Assembly (NCBI GenBank): GCA_040772485.1
Contig: JAXGYC010000007.1
Location: 992,001 to 1,056,000, forward strand
Source: Sedimentisphaerales bacterium
GTDB lineage: Bacteria > Planctomycetota > Phycisphaerae > Sedimentisphaerales > Anaerobacaceae
Length of the DNA: 64,000 bases
Reading direction: 5' to 3'
Shown: positions 56,477-64,000 of the stretch, one piece after another
How positions within the stretch are numbered: the stretch's first letter is position 1
Layout: the number at the start of each line of letters is the position of its first letter
The notes under the pieces: model-generated
The model's input: the letters and a program-made list of their open reading frames with translations, nothing else
Database searches by the model: none
Told to the model about the DNA's origin: nothing
Position numbers and translations under genes: made by a program

Positions 56477-58030
56477 ATGAGCGCAACGCTGGTCGACGAA
56501 CGAGAGTTTCTGGCGATGATGCAGACCCGCATGGGGCCGATGCTGAGCCTTCTGCTGTATCTGTCGAAATGCGAGTCTCCGGCCAGCGTGCTGACGCGCC
56601 CGTTCCTGGGCAGCCTGCTGTCGGAAGCCGTTCAACTGGAGGAGGTGCTGGACTCCTACGACGCGGGCAAGAATCGCACGTGGTCTCACGCACGGTCCCT
56701 GACAGCCGCCGTCAAGACCTTCGCCGACGCGAGCTACGAGCTCCTCCATGTCCGGCATCGACTGCCCAACTACAGGCTGCTGCCGGTGCAACGCGATTTC
56801 GTGACAGCCACCGACGATGTCCTGGGGTTCCTCGGGCACATCCTCAGCAATGTCGCGCGGGAGATGGTGGTCGAGGCCGGCGTTCTCGGGCTGACCATAC
56901 CTCAGGGGGATGACGTCCCCCGGAAGTACGCCGAGCCAATGCTCAAGGGCCATCTGCCCCACGACGGCGGAACGCGCCTGGCCGAGACCGGGTCCGACCT
57001 GGTGGCCGAAACGGTGACCACCCTGGCCACGGAGTTCCTGAACCTGGCCTCCAGCAGCGAAGACGTACGCGCCGCCAGTCGGGCCAGGCCCGAGGACTAC
57101 GACCTGTGCCTGACCGCGTCTCTGCGAGAGGAATCCCTGCGCAACCTTGAACTACGATTCCACAATCTCCAGTCCCAGTACGACACCTACGTATCCGGCA
57201 CGCAGGTCGAGAGCCAGGACACGGACCTGCCCGTGCTGCGCGGCCAGGCCAGCGTGGTCTTTCACCTGCTCAAGATCGCCACGCTGTTCGCCCATTTCTA
57301 CGAGCGTCACGTCAACAAATCTCCCGCCCCCTCCCCTGAGGCCGGCAAGCCTCTGGTGGAACGTCAAGAGCTGTTGTACTCCCTAATGAAGTACGCCATC
57401 ACGTTCATCGATCAGTACATCGGCTGTACGATCAGTCTCTGTCAGGAGATGCTGAAACGATATGCCGAGGAAGGGCAGGTCGAGGTGTCCATTCCCAAGT
57501 ACCGCGGATTCCACGTCCGCCCCTCGACCCTGGTCTCCAAACTGGTCCTTCACTACGGCAGCCGAGTCCGCATGCACCTGGGTGACGAGACATACGACGC
57601 CGGCTCGTCGCTCGACCTGTTCCGCGCCAACGAGCAGATCAACGCACAGAAGCGCCGGTGGTTGGCGCAGGAAATCGTCCGCCTGGGCCTCGTGCCCGAG
57701 AACGCGAATCCGCCGGACGTGGTCGGCCTCGTGCGCAACGTGATCCTGACGCTGGCGGCCAAGGGCAAGTTGATCCTGTACGAACAGCCCCTGCAATTGC
57801 CGGACCGGCTGTGCCCCACCGAAGGGACCGCCCTGGAGAAGGTGACCGGCGAGACGGGGCGGCTGCTGGCAATGGGTAAAATCGACATCGGCACGGACAT
57901 CACCGCCACGTTCACGGGGGACAAGCGTGTCCTGGAAGACATCCGTCTTCTGGCCCAGCACGGCTACGGCGAAGACAGCTTCGGCAACAACATCGCCCTG
58001 CCGGACAAGCTGGCCTACCTGAGACGTTGA
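56477..58030 (+). CDS. Large protein with HPr-like domain
   Basis: GFHVRPSTLVSKLV (HPr His15 motif) and YDAGSSLDL (Ser46-like) in the C-terminal third. Confidence 0.75.
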   Translation: MSATLVDEREFLAMMQTRMGPMLSLLLYLSKCESPASVLTRPFLGSLLSEAVQLEEVLDSYDAGKNRTWSHARSLTAAVKTFADASYELLHVRHRLPNYRLLPVQRDFVTATDDVLGFLGHILSNVAREMVVEAGVLGLTIPQGDDVPRKYAEPMLKGHLPHDGGTRLAETGSDLVAETVTTLATEFLNLASSSEDVRAASRARPEDYDLCLTASLREESLRNLELRFHNLQSQYDTYVSGTQVESQDTDLPVLRGQASVVFHLLKIATLFAHFYERHVNKSPAPSPEAGKPLVERQELLYSLMKYAITFIDQYIGCTISLCQEMLKRYAEEGQVEVSIPKYRGFHVRPSTLVSKLVLHYGSRVRMHLGDETYDAGSSLDLFRANEQINAQKRRWLAQEIVRLGLVPENANPPDVVGLVRNVILTLAAKGKLILYEQPLQLPDRLCPTEGTALEKVTGETGRLLAMGKIDIGTDITATFTGDKRVLEDIRLLAQHGYGEDSFGNNIALPDKLAYLRR

Positions 58031-58228
58031 CGCGCCTCGGCGTCGAACGGCCTGTCCGGCGAATTTCCTCTATGACCGCCGTCTTGACGGAAAGGGTCTT
58101 TGACGTTTTCATATCGGACGCGCATGCCCGGCGGACCGCTGGACCGAGTCGGCCGGGCATGGCAGGGCAGAGAAATCGCCTGTGGGCAGGACGCACGCAG
58201 GCAAGCACTCGTGACGAAAGGAGCATAC

Positions 58229-58705
58229 ATGGCACGTGGAATCGTGATCTACCACTCCAGAAGCGGCAACACGAAGGAAATGGCCGAGACCATCGCCCGC
58301 GCGATGACCGCATCGGGGGTGCAGACCGAATGCAAGTCGGTCGACAACGTTCATCCTGACGACCTGCCCCAGTATGATGCCATCGTCATTGGCTCGCCCT
58401 GCTACTACGGGCAGATGGCCGCCTCAGTCAAACAGCTCATCGACGATCTGGTCGGGCGCCACGGCCAACTGAACGGCAAGGTCGGCGCCGCCTTCGCCAG
58501 TTCGGCCAATATCGGTGGCGGCAGCGAGACCACCATCATGGGAATCCTCGAGGCCATGCTGATCGCCGGCATGGTCATCCAGGGCGATCCTCAGGGATCC
58601 CACTACGGTCCCCTGTCCATCGGCCGACCCGACGACAAGGTCAAACAGCAGTGCGAACGCCGCGGTCAGAGGGTGGCCGAGCTGGCCAAACGCCTGTTTC
58701 CCTGA
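58229..58705 (+). CDS. Flavodoxin/WrbA-like protein
   Basis: YHSRSGNTKEMA, IGSPCYYG, GKVGAAF; AAGGAG RBS. Confidence 0.9.
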   Translation: MARGIVIYHSRSGNTKEMAETIARAMTASGVQTECKSVDNVHPDDLPQYDAIVIGSPCYYGQMAASVKQLIDDLVGRHGQLNGKVGAAFASSANIGGGSETTIMGILEAMLIAGMVIQGDPQGSHYGPLSIGRPDDKVKQQCERRGQRVAELAKRLFP

Positions 58706-58714
58706 CCGGCGACC

Positions 58715-58738
58715 GCCGGGCCGGAATCCCGGTTTTTT
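58715..58738 (+). terminator. Possible intrinsic terminator
   Basis: gccggg-loop-cccggt followed by a T run. Confidence 0.5.
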
Positions 58739-58759
58739 GAGCGAGGAGGCCATTTTTCT

Positions 58760-58788
58760 TTGACAAAGGACCGCCCGCTCATTAGATT
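58760..58788 (+). promoter_or_regulatory. sigma70-type promoter
   Basis: TTGACA-N17-TAGATT. Confidence 0.6.
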
Positions 58789-58825
58789 CTTCGCAACCTC
58801 AACCTACTCTTGGAGGATCACATAG

Positions 58826-58999
58826 ATGCAAGAATACGAAACGCTCAAGACGTTGGTCGCAGAAATCGAAATGGATGTCGACAAGGCCCAGGGGGGAAAC
58901 AAGGCAGCCGGAACACGCGTTCGCAAACAGATGCAGATGATCAAGCAGGCAGCCCAGGAAGTCCGCAACCGCGTCCTGGAGATCCGGTCGACCGACTGA
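58826..58999 (+). CDS. Histone H1-like (Hc1-family) small protein, 57 aa
   Basis: Not in the ORF track; GGAGG RBS; MQEYETLKTLVAEIEMDVDKAQGGNKAAGTRVRKQMQMIKQAAQEVRNRVLEIRSTD. Confidence 0.85.
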   Translation: MQEYETLKTLVAEIEMDVDKAQGGNKAAGTRVRKQMQMIKQAAQEVRNRVLEIRSTD

Positions 59000-59132
59000 G
59001 GCGACGCCTGCCCCGGCCGTCAAGTCAACATAAACACTTGGCTTCAAATAGCTTACGACTCCCACGTCGTCGGTCGGGGCATGACCTGTAGCGACGCAGC
59101 GGGTCAGTGCCCTTTCTATATCGAGGTCTGCG

Positions 59133-59612
59133 ATGCCGCCATCCCTGCTTTTTGACCTGTCCGAACTCGACCTCAACGGCCGGCCGGTGTTCGACAAGGA
59201 AGCCATCTGCCGGGTCAATCCCCAGCAGTACGAGATGCAGCATCTCGACGGCATCCTCTGGTACGACAAGAGCAAGGGCTGCATCCTGGGGTACAAGGAC
59301 GTAACACGGAATGAATTCTGGGTTCGCGGCCACATTCCCGGCCGGCCCCTGATGCCCGGCGTGATTCAGATCGAGTCGGCCGCCCAGTTGCTCAGCTTCT
59401 TCGTCAAGGAGATCTACCAGGAGGGAGGCTTCGTCGGCTTCGGCGGAATCGAGCGGGCCAAATTCCGTGCGGTCATCGAGCCGGAATGCCGACTCTACCT
59501 GCTCGGGCATATCACCTCCGCTCGCCCGGGCCGTAAGTACGTCTGCGACGTCCAGGGAGTCGTTGGAGACACGCTGGCCTTCGAAGCGACCATCTCAGGC
59601 ATGCACGTGTAG
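59133..59612 (+). CDS. FabA/FabZ-like 3-hydroxyacyl-ACP dehydratase
   Basis: FWVRGHIPGRPLMPGVIQIESAAQL hot-dog motif. Confidence 0.85.
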   Translation: MPPSLLFDLSELDLNGRPVFDKEAICRVNPQQYEMQHLDGILWYDKSKGCILGYKDVTRNEFWVRGHIPGRPLMPGVIQIESAAQLLSFFVKEIYQEGGFVGFGGIERAKFRAVIEPECRLYLLGHITSARPGRKYVCDVQGVVGDTLAFEATISGMHV

Positions 59613-59663
59613 CCGCCCGCCCCATCTCTCTGTCCACGAGGAGATCCGCTGCCCTCGTGCAAC

Positions 59664-61484
59664 TCACTTCTGTACTGTGACCTGATCGAACAAGATGCCG
59701 TTCTGGTCGATCGCCTGGAGGTGGAGCGTCTTGCCGAAGACGTTGACCAGCACGAAATGATGGTCGCGACGGACCTTGGCGGTAAACCACGACCGAGTGG
59801 GCGCGTAGTCTTCAAGCCCGCCGCCGGCGCCGCCCATCTGGACGTAGATCACGCCGCGATCCGGATCAACCTTGTCGTCTCGGATGGGCCAGGTGCGTTC
59901 GTAGTCGTGGATGTGGCCGAAGAAGCAGATATCCACCCCGAATCGCTCATAGAGTTCGACCAGAGGCCGCAATCGCAGATCGCCGCGAGGGGATGACTTG
60001 CCCTTCCAGGTGTCGCCGTAGTCATTTTCGTCGGAGGTGTACGGCGAATGGTGATGCACTGTGAACTTCCACGTCGCCGTGCTCCCGGCCAGCTCCTGTT
60101 CGAGCCACTTGTACTGCTCGCTGTCGGGAGCGACGCTGCGATTTGTGTCGATCATGGAGAACTGGGCGTTGCCATAGACGAAGCTGTAGCGATGCTCGGG
60201 AGCCGGATTGCCGATGTAGCGATAGTAATTCGCGTCGTCCTGGTCGTGGTTGCCGAGAATGGCGAAGATCGGCACACGGCTCATCAGCCCATGCGCGGGC
60301 TTGAGGAATTCGTCCGTCCACTCGTGCCTTCTCGATCCGTTGCCTACGATGTCGCCGGAGTGGATCACGAAGCTGGGCCGCTCCCCGAAGACGAGCTGCG
60401 AGATCCGGCCCCAGACGGGCGGGTTGTTCTGCGTATCGCTGACGCCGGCGAAGGCGAAGGCCGCCCCCTCCTCCACAGCCGTCTGGAAGGTGTACAGGTC
60501 GCTGAGCGATTCAGCGCCATCCGGCCCGACGGAGACCACTCGATAGAAGTAATTCGTCTGCGGCTTGAGGTTCTCCAGCCGCACCTCGTGCAGATCGCAG
60601 TCGCCCGCCCCGGAGGCGGAACCCGTCAGCGGCGTCTGCTCGCCGAACTCCACCACCGACGTGGCCTTCTGGGACGTCTCCCACAGGATCGTGATCCCCG
60701 TCTTCGTCGCGTACTGCAGATACGGCCCCACGCTGATGATCGACGGAATCTCAACCTCAGCGGGCAGCTCCGTCGAGGCCTTCGCGCCTTCGAAACGGGA
60801 CTTCACCTGGCCCGCATCCAAAGCCTCGCGGTAGACCGCGATCCCCCGGAGGCTGCCAATCATCCCGTTGAATTCGTTGTCGTCGCGATAGGCTCCGATC
60901 GTGTACCAGGCGTGTGACGGGTAGAGTATCTTGCCCTGCTGCACGGTCGATCCGTTGGCCAACTGCCCGTTGACGAAGAGCCTCTGGACCTTGCCGTCGT
61001 ACGTGCCGACCAAGTGGTACCACCTGCCGGCCTCGAGCGGCCGCTCGGTCTGGAGATAGGTCAATGTCTTGGCGCCTTCGCTGGCCAGGGCGAAAAAGGG
61101 CCGTCCGCGTCGAGCGCCAAGCACCCAGCCCCGTTCGTAATCGCCGTTGTCCTGAAACGCACCGATCACACCCATGTAGTCGCCGAACTGCCGAAAGCGA
61201 ACGACCGCTTCGACACTGATTCGTTCGGCGGGCAGACTCGGACCATCGGGATAGCGGCCCAGATGCACGACGCCGGAAACGCCATCGAGTTCGAGGTACT
61301 CGCCGACCTGGTCCTTGAAGAAGCGCGCCCGGCCTTCCAGCCGTCCGTGAGCGCCGCCGATCTGATCGGCGACGACACCGTCCTTGAGGTCTGCCTTGGT
61401 GAACTGCCACTGGTTCACCTGCGCTCCGGCGGTCACACACAAAAGAAGGCCCCAAACGATGGCATAACGGCATGTCGAGCTCAT
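59664..61484 (-). CDS. Secreted purple-acid-phosphatase-like metallophosphoesterase with LamG domain
   Basis: Signal peptide; LamG WYHLVGTYDG; FN3-like HEVRLENLKP; SDTQ, GDIV, GNHD, HHSPY, GHIHDYER. Confidence 0.88.
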   Translation of the reverse strand: MSSTCRYAIVWGLLLCVTAGAQVNQWQFTKADLKDGVVADQIGGAHGRLEGRARFFKDQVGEYLELDGVSGVVHLGRYPDGPSLPAERISVEAVVRFRQFGDYMGVIGAFQDNGDYERGWVLGARRGRPFFALASEGAKTLTYLQTERPLEAGRWYHLVGTYDGKVQRLFVNGQLANGSTVQQGKILYPSHAWYTIGAYRDDNEFNGMIGSLRGIAVYREALDAGQVKSRFEGAKASTELPAEVEIPSIISVGPYLQYATKTGITILWETSQKATSVVEFGEQTPLTGSASGAGDCDLHEVRLENLKPQTNYFYRVVSVGPDGAESLSDLYTFQTAVEEGAAFAFAGVSDTQNNPPVWGRISQLVFGERPSFVIHSGDIVGNGSRRHEWTDEFLKPAHGLMSRVPIFAILGNHDQDDANYYRYIGNPAPEHRYSFVYGNAQFSMIDTNRSVAPDSEQYKWLEQELAGSTATWKFTVHHHSPYTSDENDYGDTWKGKSSPRGDLRLRPLVELYERFGVDICFFGHIHDYERTWPIRDDKVDPDRGVIYVQMGGAGGGLEDYAPTRSWFTAKVRRDHHFVLVNVFGKTLHLQAIDQNGILFDQVTVQK

Positions 61485-61560
61485 GGTCGTCTCCACGGTG
61501 AATAGACAGCGTCCCAAATGACAGACCCAAGGGTAGTCGATGCAAAGAACCGGGGAGGGG

Positions 61561-61995
61561 TCACGGCGCCATATGGATCGACTGGATGTCCGCTCTGGGG
61601 ATTTCCAGCTTCTTGAAACTGCCCGAGGTCGGGTAAGCCTTGCGAACGGTCAGACCTTCGGGTGAAACGCCGTCAAGCTCGCCCTGATAGAAGGTGACCT
61701 GCCCGACCATCCGCACCATGCCCGGCGGAGGCGGAGGCGGAGCGATCTGAACGCCTCCCTCCGGCGTTCGGACTTCCACGAGACACTGCTTGCCCACATC
61801 GGACGACTTGACTTTGGCAAGGGCGACCGGCTGCATCCCCTGAGCCAGGGCCTTCCGAGCCGCGGCGAGCTGTTCGGCGCTGACCGGCGCCGGGCCCCCA
61901 CTCTTCTCTTCGCCGACGTCTTTCTTCCCACAGCCCGACCAAACCAGAAGCAAGAACAGAAATGCGACACAGACCAGGCAGTGTCTTCTCTTCAT
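61561..61995 (-). CDS. Hypothetical lipoprotein
   Basis: MKRR, hydrophobic stretch, WSGC lipobox; AAAGGA RBS; poly-Pro linker. Confidence 0.65.
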   Translation of the reverse strand: MKRRHCLVCVAFLFLLLVWSGCGKKDVGEEKSGGPAPVSAEQLAAARKALAQGMQPVALAKVKSSDVGKQCLVEVRTPEGGVQIAPPPPPPGMVRMVGQVTFYQGELDGVSPEGLTVRKAYPTSGSFKKLEIPRADIQSIHMAP

Positions 61996-62031
61996 CGAGA
62001 CGGTCCTTTCGTGGATAGATGCACGGGTCGC

Positions 62032-62790
62032 CTACATGCTCGCTTCCGGGCGCTTCCCGTCGTACCAGTAGGTTGGGACATCCTCCCCCGTCGTCTCTTT
62101 GATCCCGCTGACGTGACCGTCCAGCCAGCAGGTATTGGAGACCTTTGAATGGCGGAAGCACTCCCGTATAGTGTCATGTCCCTGCCAATAGCTGCTCACG
62201 AGGGAACTGCCAGGACGCCATTGCGTCAGGTTGATGCTGGCGCCGGGTCCGATACAGAACATATCTGAATCGATGCCGTCGAGCTTCTGCTCAATGTGGT
62301 CCTGGAAGACGATAACCTCATTGTGCCTCTTGAAGTCGGAGTTGATCTTCTTGTTCGCGATGTAGCCGTTCAAGCCGAAGGAGCAATACCGGAAGTACTC
62401 CTGGTACAGCACGCCCCAACCTTCCTCCGGCCAATCGTCATTCCGTATCGTATCCGGACAGCGGAACACCTTCTTGTTCTTGACATAGGGTTTGTAGGCG
62501 ATGCCCCAGTAGGCCCACGTGTCGTCCAGCGTGTAGTCCTGCACGACAGACGGATTCTCCCAGGCGTTGTCCCACAGTCCTCGATTGGGCGTCGAATGGG
62601 TTTTCCCGTCGTAGTCCTCCAGGTACATGTGCAGAGCCAGAACGAGCCCCTTGACGTTGGACCGGCAGACGACGCCTCGGGCCTGGTCCCGCGCCTTCTT
62701 CAGAGACGGGATCAGAATCCCCATCAAAAGCGCAATGATCGCGATCACCACCAGCAGCTCAATCAGCGTGAAACCTTTTCGCCCTCTCAT
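62032..62790 (-). CDS. Prepilin-type N-terminal cleavage/methylation protein with H-X9-DG motif
   Basis: [36 protein letters not shown]. Confidence 0.9.
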   Translation of the reverse strand: MRGRKGFTLIELLVVIAIIALLMGILIPSLKKARDQARGVVCRSNVKGLVLALHMYLEDYDGKTHSTPNRGLWDNAWENPSVVQDYTLDDTWAYWGIAYKPYVKNKKVFRCPDTIRNDDWPEEGWGVLYQEYFRYCSFGLNGYIANKKINSDFKRHNEVIVFQDHIEQKLDGIDSDMFCIGPGASINLTQWRPGSSLVSSYWQGHDTIRECFRHSKVSNTCWLDGHVSGIKETTGEDVPTYWYDGKRPEASM

Positions 62791-63113
62791 ATGTCTGCCC
62801 TTTACACGATGCCCTCATTGTCCTTGTTTCATCGACACCGGGCAAGTTAGCCGGGGAACCTTCGGACCGTGCGAGAGTTACGCTAATTCCGCATTAGATC
62901 GAGAGAAGTCGCTGTAAGGCTGTTGCCGATTCATAGTCACCCGTTCACCGCATCGGCCATGCGTTTGTACTGGCGTCGCAAGACGCCACATTCTGCGAAC
63001 CCTGCACCCCTCCGGGCACATTGCAGACGGTCGTTCTGACGCCTGACGCCATCCGAATGTCATTGTAACGCTCCGGCCCCGGCTGAGGCAACAGCAATCC
63101 CTACCCGTTTTGA

Positions 63114-63514
63114 AAGGCTACCGAGGGCGGCTTCGTGCCGGACGCCGCCGCGCGTGCGGCCGATGTCCCCAGGGGCCGGCCCGCCCCGTGGATGGTCTTC
63201 CGCCTGATGGAGACGCTCGGTATCTGTCCTCTGGCAGCGGTCGTCAAGGTCGGCGACACCGTCGCCGACGTCGAGGACGGCCTCAACGCAGGCGTCTGGA
63301 CTGTCGGTGCCACGTGGACAGGGAACCTGATCGGCCTGACGCAGGCGGAGCTCGGTGCGCTGGATCGAAGGGACCTGGAGCGGCGAATCCAAGCAGCGGA
63401 GCAGACCCTTCTGGAGGCCGGCGCCCACTATGTGACCGAGTCGTTTCCGACCTGCCTGCGGTCATCAGAAACATCGAGGAACAGCTACGGTACGGTGCCG
63501 TGGGCAACTCCTGA
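63114..63514 (+). pseudogene. phnX: Phosphonoacetaldehyde hydrolase C-terminal remnant
   Basis: GRPAPWM, VKVGDTVAD..GLNAGVWTVG, AGAHYV; N-terminal half absent; 1-nt frameshift near 63443 continuing SDLPAVIRNIEEQL. Confidence 0.8.
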
Positions 63515-63574
63515 GGACACAACCGCCCCGGACGCAGCCAAAACTCACGCAACCGCCAAACCGCCCACTCCAAA

Positions 63575-63649
63575 TAGCCCCAAGGGGATTCGAACCCCTG
63601 TCGCCGGGTTGAAAACCCGGTGTCCTAGGCCTGCCTAGACGATGGGGCC
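63575..63649 (-). tRNA. tRNA-Glu (TTC)
   Basis: Acceptor GGCCCCA/TGGGGCT-A; anticodon arm ccggg-ttTTCaa-cccgg; T arm GGTTCGAATCC; CCA not encoded. Confidence 0.96.
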
Positions 63650-63656
63650 AACCGTG

Positions 63657-63827
63657 CTACAGACTTATCGCCTCAACGGGGCACGCATCGATGCAAGCCC
63701 CGCAATCGATGCAGGAATCCGCGTCAACAACGGCCTTGCCGCCCGCCATGCTGATCGCATTGCTGGGACACTCATCGACGCAGGTCTCACATCCGGTGCA
63801 TTTTGCCTTGTCTACTTCAGCCGGCAT
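63657..63827 (-). CDS. 2x[4Fe-4S] ferredoxin, 56 aa
   Basis: Not in the ORF track; MPAEVDKAKCTGCETCVDECPSNAI...CIDCGACIDACPVEAISL. Confidence 0.93.
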   Translation of the reverse strand: MPAEVDKAKCTGCETCVDECPSNAISMAGGKAVVDADSCIDCGACIDACPVEAISL

Positions 63828-64000
63828 CCAGCTACCCTTTCAAATTAGGAACCATGAATCTCATCGGAAAGTACGGAATAATAACGCCTCTTCCCGTAAA
63901 TACAACCCAAAATTTGCGTCAAAATGGCTGGGGGAAGCCTCTATCGGCCATGTCGCCCCCCATTGTCCGCAAGTCGTCTTGCCGCCGGGTCTTGGGCCGG

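Noticed and set aside
58810..59091. 93-aa ORF in the track
   Set aside because: The overlapping 57-aa frame at 58826 has the RBS and a recognisable family motif
63135..63848. Plus-strand ORFs 63135-63638 and 63642-63848 as intact genes
   Set aside because: The first runs through the tRNA because of the phnX frameshift; the second is antisense to the ferredoxin

Overview
High-GC bacterial chromosomal segment, most likely an anaerobic planctomycete (Phycisphaerae/Sedimentisphaerales-like). This is inferred from the prepilin H-X9-DG proteins, the FlgI-HEAT protein, the multi-HTH sigma factor, the tandem LamG/discoidin surface proteins and several Gfo/Idh/MocA enzymes. Housekeeping genes: smc, proC, ffs, dnaX, recR, rpoN, panB, family-4 UDG, gdhA, a FabZ-like gene and tRNA-Glu. 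Also present: a cobalamin-riboswitch-led nrdD-nrdG-metE-dcd operon, corrinoid methyl-transfer genes, glycoside hydrolases and secreted modular proteins. Two small genes missing from the ORF track were recovered (an Hc1/histone-H1-like protein and a 2x[4Fe-4S] ferredoxin). Best leads: (i) a four-helix-bundle gene bracketed by inverted heptamer repeat arrays between ffs and dnaX; (ii) a LysR / KaiC-like-dikinase / gdhA module sharing three ATAAG-N5-STGAT sites; (iii) an A9 slippage site in dnaX with nearby stops in both shifted frames; (iv) a signal-peptide-bearing dikinase with glucan-water-dikinase domain order; (v) a 517-aa protein with a split HPr domain. No CRISPR array, rRNA, transposase or prophage was seen. 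All calls come from reading motifs by eye; no searches were run.
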